Shown here piece after piece: positions 1-9,332 of a DNA stretch of 64,000 nt. The first letter of the stretch is position 1; each line of letters starts with the position of its first letter. The notes under the pieces are model-generated. The model was not told the origin of the DNA, did no database searches, and saw only the letters and a program-made list of their open reading frames with translations. Source of the DNA: Fibrobacterota bacterium (lineage in GTDB: Bacteria; Fibrobacterota; Fibrobacteria; UBA11236). The translations under genes were made by a program, and so were the position numbers. The DNA is taken from the NCBI GenBank assembly GCA_947466585.1, contig CANIEU010000008.1, forward strand, positions 30,797 through 94,796, given 5' to 3'.

Positions 1-132
1 GCGCCCCTGCGTGTCCTTCACGAAGAAATAAATGTTGTCCGGGAGGTTTTCGAGAAGCTTCTCCACCAATTCGTTTTCACGGAGTCCGGTAAGGAAGTTA
101 TGGAGGATTTCGGGTGTACCGTCGTTGGACAT
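1..132 (-). CDS. hypothetical protein, 5' fragment only (PAS-like N-terminus?)
   Basis: Minus-strand ATG at 132; ORF runs off the left edge (absent from ORF track because <60 aa in window). Own translation MSNDGTPEILHNFLTGLRENELVEKLLENLPDNIYFFVKDTQGR; the LPDxxxFxKDxxGR segment resembles the start of PAS sensor domains. Confidence 0.35.
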   Translation of the reverse strand, partial: MSNDGTPEILHNFLTGLRENELVEKLLENLPDNIYFFVKDTQGR

Positions 133-243
133 GGATCCCTCTGAATATGAGATTGCGCAAATAATACAATAACTTGCTTTTCGGCGCATTTAGTTTCGCG
201 CGGGTTTTCAGTGGGTTTTGCGTGGTTACGTTTTCGGGGCAGA

Positions 244-1401
244 ATGCCCGCCCCCCGCAAAAAAATCCCCGGCCCGCCGCCCGCCCCGGAATCCAAAGAA
301 CCGAGGGGAATCCTTTCCACCTGGATGCGCCTGGCCTTTCGGGAAGCCGAGACCGTGCGCGGAAACACCCTGCCCAATCCCGCCGTCGGGGCGGTGCTTG
401 TCCGCAACGGGAAGGTCATCGGGCGGGGCGGAACCCGGCCCGCAGGCCAAGCCCACGCCGAAATCGTGGCGCTGGAGGGGGCTCGGGTTGCACCCAACGG
501 GGGACTCGATCGCATCCGTGGGGCGACGTTGTATGTCACTCTCGAGCCCTGCAGTCATTTCGGTCGCACCGCGCCCTGTGCGCGCGCGCTGATCGAGGCC
601 GGCGTTGCCAAGGTGGTCGCGGCTTGCCCCGACCCCAACCCGAAGGTGTCGGGAAAGGGTTTCGCGATGCTGCGCCGAGCCGGCATCACCGTCGAGATCG
701 CCCCGCCGGGTTCGCCCGCCCGGGTGCGTGCCGAAACGTTTTACGCCGGATTTTTCTTTTGGGTCGCGAACGGGCGCCCGCGCATCATCGTGAAGATCGC
801 GCAAAGTCTCGACGGCCGCATCAACGCGCGGGCCGGCGAAGAAACCGCCTTGACCGGCGAGGAAGCCCGGCTGTTCACCCACGGCCTGCGCGCTCACGCG
901 GACGCCGTGCTGGTTGGCGGAGCCACCGTGCGCATCGATGATCCGGACCTGACACCGCGCCTGACCGGAGGCCGTCCCGCCCAAATTCTGGTGCTCACGC
1001 GCGGCCGAAAGCTCGATCTGAAACGCCAGGTCTATTCCCGGAATCGCGGAGCTAAAACCGTGGTGATCTCCCCGGAAATCCCCCAAAATCTGCCGAAATG
1101 GGTCGATCATGTGGCCTTGCGCAGAAAAAAGCCCTTGGTGCGGGAACTGCTTGCCGTGTTCGCGGCACGCGGCTACCACGAGGTACTAGTCGAGGGCGGA
1201 CGTGCGGTGTGGAGCCCGTTTCTCAATGCGGGTTTGTGCGATGCATTGCATCTCGTCACGGCGCCGATGCTCCTTCCCCAGGGCGAACCCTGGGGGAAAG
1301 ATCTCCGCCCAGCGTGGGTGAAACCCCTTGAATTTCATAGATTTACGCCGCTCGGTTCAGATATTCTGGCCGAGTTTCGACGGCGTTCCGCCGCCTCCTG
1401 A
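244..1401 (+). CDS. ribD: bifunctional diaminohydroxyphosphoribosylaminopyrimidine deaminase / 5-amino-6-(5-phosphoribosylamino)uracil reductase
   Basis: ORF 211..1401. Deaminase Zn motifs HAEIVAL and TLYVTLEPCSHFGRTAPCA, then reductase domain (KIAQSLDGRI). Start uncertain: GTG 211, ATG 244 (GGGG 5 nt upstream) or ATG 325 (MRLAFREAE matches usual N-terminus). First gene of rib operon. Confidence 0.9.
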   Translation: MPAPRKKIPGPPPAPESKEPRGILSTWMRLAFREAETVRGNTLPNPAVGAVLVRNGKVIGRGGTRPAGQAHAEIVALEGARVAPNGGLDRIRGATLYVTLEPCSHFGRTAPCARALIEAGVAKVVAACPDPNPKVSGKGFAMLRRAGITVEIAPPGSPARVRAETFYAGFFFWVANGRPRIIVKIAQSLDGRINARAGEETALTGEEARLFTHGLRAHADAVLVGGATVRIDDPDLTPRLTGGRPAQILVLTRGRKLDLKRQVYSRNRGAKTVVISPEIPQNLPKWVDHVALRRKKPLVRELLAVFAARGYHEVLVEGGRAVWSPFLNAGLCDALHLVTAPMLLPQGEPWGKDLRPAWVKPLEFHRFTPLGSDILAEFRRRSAAS

Positions 1402-1501
1402 GAACCTCGGGTGCGTGGTGACGCACGCGTGCGCCCCATGATTCAAAATGATTCATGCAGGCATCGCGCATCGTTGACCGGTTTTTATCAAACGGGGCGG
1501 A

Positions 1502-2134
1502 ATGTTCACCGGAATCGTTCAGGAAATCGGAACCGTTCGCGACCGTATCCCGGCCGGTGACGCCGTACGCTTTGTGATCGATGCGCCCCGTCTCTCCGCC
1601 AAGCTCGCGATCGGCGACAGCATCGCCTGCGAAGGCGTCTGTCTCACGGTGGAAAGCCTTGAAACCGTCGCGGGCTCCGACGTTCCTTCCGGATTTTCGG
1701 CGCGCGCCGTTCCTGAAACCCTCGCCCGCACCACGCTCGGCGACTGGTCCATCGGCACGCCGTTGAATCTGGAAATATCTCTCACGCCCGTCACGCCGAT
1801 GGGCGGACACTTCGTACTCGGTCACACCGACGGCGTGTGCGACGTGACCGAAGTCCGCGTGCTGGCCGAAGGCGAAGGCTGGGAGATCAGCCTTCGCCTT
1901 CCCGAAAACTTCGCGCGCTATTGTGCTTACAAGGGATCGATCGCCTTGGCAGGCGTAAGCCTGACGTTGGCCTCCGTGGATCGGGACTCCGTGCGGATCG
2001 CCGTGATCCCGCATACGCTCTCGGTGACGACGTTCGGAAACCTTAAAGCCGGCGACCGGGTGAATTTCGAAGTCGACATTCTGGCCAAGTACGTGGAACG
2101 GATCAACCAGGCAGGCGCGCATGCGATTCCATAG
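1502..2134 (+). CDS. ribE: riboflavin synthase alpha chain
   Basis: Classic N-terminus MFTGIVQEIGTV and second lumazine-binding repeat (GHFVLGHTDGV); 210 aa; between ribD and ribBA. Confidence 0.93.
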   Translation: MFTGIVQEIGTVRDRIPAGDAVRFVIDAPRLSAKLAIGDSIACEGVCLTVESLETVAGSDVPSGFSARAVPETLARTTLGDWSIGTPLNLEISLTPVTPMGGHFVLGHTDGVCDVTEVRVLAEGEGWEISLRLPENFARYCAYKGSIALAGVSLTLASVDRDSVRIAVIPHTLSVTTFGNLKAGDRVNFEVDILAKYVERINQAGAHAIP

Positions 2135-3380
2135 CATCGCCGAAGCCGTCGCCGACCTGAAAAAAGGGCGCGCCATCGTGGTCGTGGACGACAAGAGCCG
2201 CGAGAACGAAGGCGATGTGGTATTCGCGGCATCGCGTTCCACTCCCGCAAAGATCAACTTCCTCGCCCAACACGCGCGCGGCCTCATCTGCGTGGCGCTC
2301 AGCGCAGACCGCGTCGAGAGCCTCAACCTGCGCCCCATGACCGACCAAAACGGTTCGCGTCACGAGACCGCTTTCACGATTTCGGTGGAAGCGCGCGAAG
2401 GCACCACCACTGGAATTTCCGCCGCGGACCGCAGTCTTACCTCACGCGCCCTCGCCGATGAATCGCTCGACGCGCACGCCTTCGTGAGCCCCGGGCATAC
2501 CTTTCCGATTAAGGCGCGCCGCGGCGGCGTGTTAGTGCGCGCAGGCCACACCGAAGCGGCCGTCGATCTCGTCGCTATGGCGGGACAGGGCTGCGCCGGC
2601 GTGATCTGCGAAATCATGAATCGCGACGGCACCATGGCGCGCCTTCCCGACTGCGCGCGCTTCGCGAAGCGTCACGGCCTGAAAATCATTTCGGTGGCAG
2701 ATCTCATTCACGACCGCCACGTGCGCGAAAAGCAGGTGCGCGCCGCCGGCGTGTTCAATCTGCCCACCGTGCACGGCGATTTCGTCGCGCACGCCTTCGA
2801 AGATCTCGTGCACGGCCGTATGCATCTCGCGTTGGTACGGGGACAAATCGACCCCGCCCGCGCCACGCCGGTGCGGGTGCACTCGGAATTTTTACTCGGC
2901 GACGTATTCGGCTCCCTTCGCAAAAACCACGGAAAGAGCGGAAAGCCCGAAAAGAGCGAGAAAGCTCTCGACCCCTTGCGCGAGGGACTGCGCGCAATTG
3001 CCCGGGATGGCGGCGTGTTCCTATATATGCGCCAAATCCATTCCGAGGAGGTTTTGGAACGCACGCTGCAACAGTTCGTCGCCGAAGATGCGAGCCCCAC
3101 CCTGCGCGGACGCGCGGGCGCGCAACGTGCGCGACCGGCCCCCGCGCCGACGCCTCTTCCGACGGAAGGCGCCTCCATGGACGCGCGCACTTACGGCATC
3201 GGCGCGCAGATCCTCTTCGAACTGGGCGTGCGTCGCCTGAACCTTTTGACCAATAATCCCAAGCGCATTCAAGGGCTCGAGGGTTATGGTCTGCACATCG
3301 TACGCCAGACCCCGTTGCAAGGCGCCACACCCGAGCGCAAAACCGAGCGTAAGTCCGGGATCAAGGAGAAAAAGTCATGA
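2121..3380 (+). CDS. ribBA: 3,4-dihydroxy-2-butanone-4-phosphate synthase fused to a GTP cyclohydrolase II-like domain (Zn site degenerate)
   Basis: N-terminal DHBP synthase motifs (RENEGDVVFAA, GHTEAAVDL). C-terminal RibA-like domain (VRVHSEFLLGDVFGSLRKNHG) lacking the CX10CXC cysteines. ATG 2121 overlaps ribE end by 14 nt. Confidence 0.88.
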   Translation: MRFHSIAEAVADLKKGRAIVVVDDKSRENEGDVVFAASRSTPAKINFLAQHARGLICVALSADRVESLNLRPMTDQNGSRHETAFTISVEAREGTTTGISAADRSLTSRALADESLDAHAFVSPGHTFPIKARRGGVLVRAGHTEAAVDLVAMAGQGCAGVICEIMNRDGTMARLPDCARFAKRHGLKIISVADLIHDRHVREKQVRAAGVFNLPTVHGDFVAHAFEDLVHGRMHLALVRGQIDPARATPVRVHSEFLLGDVFGSLRKNHGKSGKPEKSEKALDPLREGLRAIARDGGVFLYMRQIHSEEVLERTLQQFVAEDASPTLRGRAGAQRARPAPAPTPLPTEGASMDARTYGIGAQILFELGVRRLNLLTNNPKRIQGLEGYGLHIVRQTPLQGATPERKTERKSGIKEKKS

Positions 3381-3853
3381 GTGGATCGAACATCAACGTC
3401 CTCGAAGGGAACCTGAATGCCGCGGGGAAGACCTTCGGTATCGTGGTCTCGCGCTTCAATGCGCTGGTGACCCAGGAACTGCTCAAAGGCGCTGTGGATT
3501 GCCTCGTGCGCCACGGAGCAAAAGAAAAAGACATCACCGTCGCATGGGTGCCCGGCGCGGGAGAAATTCCCCAGGTGCTGAAGCGCTTTGCGACCTCGGG
3601 CAAGTTCAGTGCGGTGATCGCGCTGGGCTGCGTGATCCGCGGCGCTACGCCGCACTTCGAGCAGGTGGTGCAGGTCGCCACTTCGGGCTTCGCTTCTATC
3701 GCCGACGGCACGGTGCCCGCCACCTTCGGGGTACTGACCACCGAGAATCTGGAGCAGGCGATGGAACGCGCCGGCTCCAAGGCCGGCAACAAAGGCTGGG
3801 ACGCCGCGCACGCCGCCATCGAACTGACGGACCTGTGGAGTAAACTGCCGTGA
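3377..3853 (+). CDS. ribH: 6,7-dimethyl-8-ribityllumazine synthase
   Basis: FGIVVSRFNALVTQELLKGAVDCLVRHG and overall 158-aa lumazine synthase pattern; ATGA overlap with ribBA stop. Confidence 0.93.
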   Translation: MSGSNINVLEGNLNAAGKTFGIVVSRFNALVTQELLKGAVDCLVRHGAKEKDITVAWVPGAGEIPQVLKRFATSGKFSAVIALGCVIRGATPHFEQVVQVATSGFASIADGTVPATFGVLTTENLEQAMERAGSKAGNKGWDAAHAAIELTDLWSKLP

Positions 3854-4293
3854 TCTCCCGCCGCAAAGCCCGCGAGTTCGCGATGCAGTCGTTGTACGCC
3901 GCCGAAGTGGGGGGCGATGCGTCGGGTGGCGAAGGCGACAGCCTTCTGCACGACGAACCCGTCTCCGCAGAAACCCGAACCTACGGAATGGCCCTGATGC
4001 GCGCCGCGACCAAACACGCCGAAGCCATCGACAAACTCATCGGAGAAACTTCCGACCGTTGGGACATTTCCCGCCTCGCCGTGGTGGACCGCGTGATTCT
4101 GCGCATGTCCATCGCCGAACTGATGACGCAGGCCGACGTGCCCGCAAAAGTGTGCATCAACGAAGCGGTCGAAATCGCCCGCAAATTTTCAACTGAAAAC
4201 AGCAGCAAGTTCGTGAACGGCGTCCTCGACGCAGTGTCTCGGCGGTTGCAATCACCTCCGGACGGCATACCGCCCGCGGGTGCCGGAGCGTAA
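3850..4293 (+). CDS. nusB: transcription antitermination factor NusB
   Basis: RRKAREFAMQSLYAAEV N-terminus, RWDISRLAVVDRVILRMSIAEL core; conserved ribH-nusB linkage; GTGA overlap with ribH stop. Confidence 0.9.
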   Translation: MISRRKAREFAMQSLYAAEVGGDASGGEGDSLLHDEPVSAETRTYGMALMRAATKHAEAIDKLIGETSDRWDISRLAVVDRVILRMSIAELMTQADVPAKVCINEAVEIARKFSTENSSKFVNGVLDAVSRRLQSPPDGIPPAGAGA

Positions 4294-4338
4294 GCCCCGG
4301 AAGCGTTCCAGGAAATTCAAGGTCAACAAGGAAACCCC

Positions 4339-7128
4339 ATGCTCAACGAAAAGAAACTGGACTGGATACTCGCGCTGACGGTGTTCCTCGCCGCCTTCGC
4401 CGTGTACTTCTCCACCATGGCACCCACGGTGTCGTTCTGGGACTGCGGCGAATTGATCGCCGCCTCGCACATCCTGGGAAACCCGCATCCGCCGGGCAAC
4501 CCGTTCTTCACCTTGCTGATCCGCGCCTTCATCATCGTGTTGCCCTTTGCCGAAATAGCCGCACGCGCGAATTTCGTGTCGGTGGTGACCATGGCGCTCG
4601 CGGCAACAATGGCCTCCCTGTTCGTGCTCAAAGCCTTGCGGATCCTCTTCCGTAACGGCGCGATGAACCGCTTCGCCATGTACACGGGCGCGCTGGTCGG
4701 CGGGTTCCTGGTCGCTTTCTCGGACACCATCTGGTTCAGCGCGGTGGAAGCAGAAGCCTACGGCGCGGCCATGCTGATCGTGATGACGGTTTCGTGGCTC
4801 AGCCTGCACTGGTACGAGCACCGCGGCACGCCCAAGGCTGATCGCACCCTGCTGCTGATGGCATACACCGGCTTTCTCGGTGTGGGAATCCACCTGTTCT
4901 CCCTAGTCACGCTCCCGATCGTCGGCATCTTCATGGTATGCGACAAAGAAACGCGTAAAAACATACCGCTCATCGGTGCGGGCATCGCCGCCTTCTCGGT
5001 GGTGTACGATGTGGGTGACTTCCTCTATTATACCGGCGGGGCCTTGGTGATTTGCGCCCTCGCGCTTCTCTTCGCACGTGCACCCGAATGGCGCCGTCGC
5101 TGGACGCTCGGCGCCCTGTTCTCTCTGGTGGCTCTGCTCGGCTTCTCCAGCTACGCCTACGTGCCCATCCGCACGGCTGTGAACGTTTCGCTCGACGAGG
5201 CCGAAAGCAAAACCTGGCCGGTATTCCGCGAATATCTGGAGCGCAAGCAATACGGCTCCGAGTCCATGATCACGCGCGCACTGCATCGCCGCGCCCATTT
5301 GCAGAATCAGATTCTCGTGCATCCCCACATGGGTTACGGCGGCTACATGCTGGCCCAGTACTTCCCGTGGAAGGTGGGCGACACCGATGCGGAATCGAAG
5401 GAAGTCCTTGAGCGGAAGGTGTTCGGCAAGGAATTGAAATTCGAGACACTGAACGACGCTTTGGGTAGCAGCCCGCGCGCCCAATTGGCGCTCTTCCTCT
5501 TGCTGCAGTTCCCGTTCCTCTACGGCGGCTGGCTCGTGTATCGTCGCAACAAGATGATCGGCATCTACCTGCTGGCGCTGTATGGAGCCACCAGCTACGG
5601 TCTCATCTTCTATCTCAATTTCGCCGACGGCACCCAGATGGAGCTGCGCGACTTTGAATTCTGGAAGTCGGCGGGTTTCGATCCCAACCAACGCCCGGCT
5701 CCTGTGCACCTCGAAGTCCGCGAGCGCGATTACTTCTTCACGCCCGGCTTCATGTACATGGGCATTCTTTTCGGCGTGGCTGCGGCCTTCCTGCTCGACT
5801 GGATCTCCAAGCGCCGCAAAGTGCTGGTACGTCCCGTCGGCGTGGTGCTGGTGGCGCTGGCGTTCGCCGTTCCGGTTTGGTCGAACTACCGCGAGCACAA
5901 TCGCGGCGGCGACTACGTGCCCTACGACTACGCTTGGAACCTGCTGAACTCCTGCCGGCCGAACTCCATCCTGTTCACCAACGGCGATAACGACACCTTC
6001 CCCCTGTGGTTCCTGCAGGAAGTCGAAGGCGTGCGCAAAGACGTCCGCGTGGTGAACCTGTCGCTGGTCAACACCAACTGGTACATGCACCAGCTCACCG
6101 AACACGAGCCGGCGCTCAAGATCGGGTTCACGCCCGAGCAGATCGACGCGCTGCAACCGCAGCCGTGGAGCTTCAAGGGTCCGGTCGAGATCTCGGTGCC
6201 CGGCACCAAGATCCGCTACCAGCTCGCGCCGCTTCCGTACCTGCGCGTTCAGGACATCATGATTCTGCACATCGTGCAGAACAACTTCCCGGCGCATCCG
6301 GTGCACTTCGCCGTCACCATCGGCGGCGACAACGCCATGGGTCTCGATCAGTTCACCATCATGGAAGGCCTCGTTTACACGTTGACCGAAGAACGCCGCA
6401 ATCGCGAGATCGACGTGCCGGTCACCGCGCACATGGTCGACTCCGTGTACCGCTTCCGCGGTCTGGGCGATCCGAAGGTGTTCCTCGACGCCAACACCGC
6501 CGGCCTGCTCACCAACTACTCCTCCACGAACTTCCGTTTGGCGGCATGGGCGCAGGACAGTCTGCAGAAGGTTCTTCCCCGTATCGCTGCCGCCGCCGCC
6601 GGCAGCCCAGCGCGCGCCGAACTGGAAGCCCAGCGCGATGCGATGGCGAACTTCGCCGAGAAGTACCTCAACCTGAACGCGCGCATCCTGCCGACCGAAT
6701 GGCGCGTGCATTACTACGCGGGCCAGTTATACCAGCAGATCGGCAAAACGGCGAAGGCCGATTCGGCCTTCATCGCGGGCATGAACATTCCCGGACCCAA
6801 CGCGAAGGTTTTCGCGATGAATCTGGCCCAGTCGTACATGAAGCAGGGGCGCGTCGCCGAAGCGAAAGCCGCACTGGCCACGATGGTGAAGCGGTTCCCG
6901 GACGATCTCGAAGTGGCCTTCGCCCTCTCCGAAATCGATCAGCAATCCGGAGATCTCGCCGGGGCGCGCGACGAACTGGCCGCCTGGCTCAGCCGCAACC
7001 CCAGCCATCAGTACGCGCAAGCCGTGCAACAGCAGATCCAACAGATGGATGCCAACTTGCGCAACGCCCCTTCCGCACCTCAAGCCCCCTCGGCGGCGCC
7101 CGGAATCGTACCGGCGCCGGCGAAATAG
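4339..7128 (+). CDS. DUF2723 (TMEM260-like) polytopic membrane protein, putative GT-C glycosyltransferase, with C-terminal TPR repeats
   Basis: 929 aa. Family signature FWDCGELIAASHILGNPHPPGNPFF near N-terminus, many TM segments, DNDTFPLWF motif, TPR-like tail (YYAGQLYQQIGK, AMNLAQSYMKQGRVAEAKAAL). Confidence 0.8.
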   Translation: MLNEKKLDWILALTVFLAAFAVYFSTMAPTVSFWDCGELIAASHILGNPHPPGNPFFTLLIRAFIIVLPFAEIAARANFVSVVTMALAATMASLFVLKALRILFRNGAMNRFAMYTGALVGGFLVAFSDTIWFSAVEAEAYGAAMLIVMTVSWLSLHWYEHRGTPKADRTLLLMAYTGFLGVGIHLFSLVTLPIVGIFMVCDKETRKNIPLIGAGIAAFSVVYDVGDFLYYTGGALVICALALLFARAPEWRRRWTLGALFSLVALLGFSSYAYVPIRTAVNVSLDEAESKTWPVFREYLERKQYGSESMITRALHRRAHLQNQILVHPHMGYGGYMLAQYFPWKVGDTDAESKEVLERKVFGKELKFETLNDALGSSPRAQLALFLLLQFPFLYGGWLVYRRNKMIGIYLLALYGATSYGLIFYLNFADGTQMELRDFEFWKSAGFDPNQRPAPVHLEVRERDYFFTPGFMYMGILFGVAAAFLLDWISKRRKVLVRPVGVVLVALAFAVPVWSNYREHNRGGDYVPYDYAWNLLNSCRPNSILFTNGDNDTFPLWFLQEVEGVRKDVRVVNLSLVNTNWYMHQLTEHEPALKIGFTPEQIDALQPQPWSFKGPVEISVPGTKIRYQLAPLPYLRVQDIMILHIVQNNFPAHPVHFAVTIGGDNAMGLDQFTIMEGLVYTLTEERRNREIDVPVTAHMVDSVYRFRGLGDPKVFLDANTAGLLTNYSSTNFRLAAWAQDSLQKVLPRIAAAAAGSPARAELEAQRDAMANFAEKYLNLNARILPTEWRVHYYAGQLYQQIGKTAKADSAFIAGMNIPGPNAKVFAMNLAQSYMKQGRVAEAKAALATMVKRFPDDLEVAFALSEIDQQSGDLAGARDELAAWLSRNPSHQYAQAVQQQIQQMDANLRNAPSAPQAPSAAPGIVPAPAK

Positions 7129-7141
7129 GATCTTCTAACCG

Positions 7142-8302
7142 ATGACGGGGGCGCCGGACGAAACGCGGGTTGCGGATACATCCCGCCCGCGCGTCCTAAT
7201 CGTCAATTGGCGCGACCCGCGCAATCCCGAGGCCGGGGGCGCTGAAGTGCATCTCCACGAAGTCGCTCGGCGTCTTGCCGCCGACGGCTTTCCATGCATC
7301 CAGGTTTCCCACGCCTTTCCGGGTGCGCCCGCCGAAGAGTGGATCGACGGTGTGCGCGTGCTGCGTCAGGGCGGCGCCATGACCTTCAACTTCACGGTCT
7401 GGCGCAACCTCAAACGCTGGTGCGCCGAACACCGCATCAACGTGGTGCTCGACGACTCCAACAAAATCTCTTTCTTCGCGCCGTGGACCTGCGACCGCCC
7501 CGTGGTGCTGCAACTCCATCACCTCTTCGGGCGCGCAATCTTCCGTGAAACAGCGTGGCCGCTAGGCCTCTATGTGCTGTTCTTCGAGAAGATCATGCCG
7601 TGGTGCTACCGCAACACGCCGGTGCTCACCGGTTCGGAAAGCAGCCGCCAAGAGCTTCTGCACAAGGGCTTCCGCAATGTGACCATTGCGCCCGAGGGTG
7701 TCGATCCGAACGATTGCAAGATCGAAAATCCGCCGGCGCGCGATCCGTCGCTGCTGCTGTACGTGGGGCGCGTGAAGCGCTACAAAGGACTGGATACGCT
7801 GTTGCATGCGCTCGCCGTGTTGCGCGCGCGGCGCCCGGGCATCCGCCTCGCGGTGGCGGGATCGGGTGACGACGTGTCGCGCCTCAAGGCGCTGGCAACC
7901 GAACTCGGCATCGCCGATGCGGTGGACTTCGCCGGCTTCGTGAGCGCACGCCGCAAGACGGAGCTCTATCACGAAGCCGCCATCGTACTCAACTCTTCGC
8001 GCAAGGAAGGATGGGGTCTCACCTCCATCGAAGGAAACGCCTGTGGAACCCCTGTGGTGGCCACGAATGTTCCCGGTTTGTGCGACAGCGTACGCGACGG
8101 CGAAACCGGCTTTCTCGTTCCCTTCGGCGACGCGCCGGCATTCGCTGCCGCCGTGGAGCGGCTGCTGGATGAACCGGTCCTTTGGAACACGTTCTCCGAA
8201 AACGGACGTCGCTGGGCCGCGAAGCACACGTGGGAACCCGCCTACGAAGTCACACGCGCCGCACTTTTGAAAGCCACAGGAGCACCTCATGGCCGCGGCT
8301 AA
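7142..8302 (+). CDS. glycosyltransferase family 4 (GT-B, retaining type)
   Basis: C-terminal GT4/Glycos_transf_1 signature SSRKEGWGLTSIEGNACGTPVVATNVPGLCDSVRDGETGFLVP; 386 aa. Confidence 0.88.
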   Translation: MTGAPDETRVADTSRPRVLIVNWRDPRNPEAGGAEVHLHEVARRLAADGFPCIQVSHAFPGAPAEEWIDGVRVLRQGGAMTFNFTVWRNLKRWCAEHRINVVLDDSNKISFFAPWTCDRPVVLQLHHLFGRAIFRETAWPLGLYVLFFEKIMPWCYRNTPVLTGSESSRQELLHKGFRNVTIAPEGVDPNDCKIENPPARDPSLLLYVGRVKRYKGLDTLLHALAVLRARRPGIRLAVAGSGDDVSRLKALATELGIADAVDFAGFVSARRKTELYHEAAIVLNSSRKEGWGLTSIEGNACGTPVVATNVPGLCDSVRDGETGFLVPFGDAPAFAAAVERLLDEPVLWNTFSENGRRWAAKHTWEPAYEVTRAALLKATGAPHGRG

Positions 8303-9332
8303 ATTCCGTTCGTTGTGGATGTGGCTGCGCCTCGTGGCGGTGGTCACGATTTTGTGGTGGGTGGTGGTGCGCAGCGGCGGGGCACATATCGCCGCCGCCA
8401 TTCTTTCCGCGGACGGCCGCTGGGTCGGCGCGGCAGCCGTGGTATTTTTCCTTTCGATCGTGGCGGGTGCTTGGCAATGGCATCTGCTGCTCAAGATCCA
8501 GGGCATCCGTTTCGGATTCATGGATTGCTTCCGTTCCTACTACTCCGGCATGTTCCTCAACAACTTTCTGCCCGGCACTGTGGGCGGCGACGCACTGCGC
8601 GTGTGGGACGTTCACCGCGAGCAACAGGCGACCCATCCGCCCTCTTTGGGAAAGGCCGCCGCTTCCACCTTGCTCGACCGCCTGATGGGCTTCAGCGCCT
8701 TGTCCTTCTTTTCGTTGATCGCGCTCGGACTCGAGTTCCAGCGCCAGGAACTGCCGCGCGGTCTGATGATCAACCTGCTCAAGGCCGTGGGCGCGGTTTC
8801 GGGAACCTTCGTATTGGTGCTGGTGCTGCTGCTCAGCCGCCGCTTTTCGAGCGCGCTCCAGAGCGTCATTCATGCGCTGGGCTTCGAGCGCCTTGGCAAC
8901 ATCCACGCGAAAATCCAGGATGCGCTGCACGCCTACCGCGCGCGCTGGGGCAGTATCGCCGGGGTTTTTCTGGTCGCCTGCCTTGTGCAGCTGTTGCGCG
9001 TCTCGGTGCATGCGCTGTGTGCGTTCGCGCTCCAGCTCTCACTGGCCCCGGCCTTCTTCTTCTCTTTCATTCCGCTCATCGCCCTCACGGCCGTGTTGCC
9101 GCTGAATGTGGGAGGATGGGGCGTTCCGCAGGGCCTCGCCACCTATTTGTACGGTCTGCCCGGAATTCTGACGGCTTCCGCTGTAGGATTGGCCGGAGCC
9201 GCCGTTTTTGATCCCAAGGCCGCCGCGGCCGCTCTTGCCTTTTTGCCCACCGCTATCGGTATGCTGGTGATGCTCGGTGGCGGATTTTACTTTGTGTTTC
9301 GACCCTCCCGCGAACCCCGGAAGTCCCCGTGA
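8289..9332 (+). CDS. flippase-like membrane protein (lysylphosphatidylglycerol synthase TM-region family)
   Basis: Polytopic 347-aa protein with family motif YYSGMFLNNFLPGTVGGDALRVWD; overlaps both neighbours by a few nt (operon). Confidence 0.7.
   Translation: MAAAKFRSLWMWLRLVAVVTILWWVVVRSGGAHIAAAILSADGRWVGAAAVVFFLSIVAGAWQWHLLLKIQGIRFGFMDCFRSYYSGMFLNNFLPGTVGGDALRVWDVHREQQATHPPSLGKAAASTLLDRLMGFSALSFFSLIALGLEFQRQELPRGLMINLLKAVGAVSGTFVLVLVLLLSRRFSSALQSVIHALGFERLGNIHAKIQDALHAYRARWGSIAGVFLVACLVQLLRVSVHALCAFALQLSLAPAFFFSFIPLIALTAVLPLNVGGWGVPQGLATYLYGLPGILTASAVGLAGAAVFDPKAAAAALAFLPTAIGMLVMLGGGFYFVFRPSREPRKSP

Noticed and set aside
133-324. Possible FMN (RFN) riboswitch upstream of the rib operon, suggested by TTTTCGGGGCAG at about 228-239
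   Set aside because: The rest of the conserved RFN core (GGGUGAAAUUCCC, CCGGCGGUA, GGAUGGGAGA-type segments) is not present, and the similarity is a single short string. A cmsearch with RF00050 could still be run for completeness.
4903-6711. 602-aa ORF on the minus strand, antisense to the DUF2723 gene
   Set aside because: Typical GC-rich shadow ORF. The translation is Arg/Gly/Ala/His/Val-rich with no recognisable motif. The plus-strand frame carries a clear family signature and TM/TPR organisation.
7545-7552. parS-like half-site GTGAAACA inside the GT4 gene
   Set aside because: The other half (TGTTTCAC) is missing, with AATCTTCC in its place. It is an intragenic single half-site consistent with chance.
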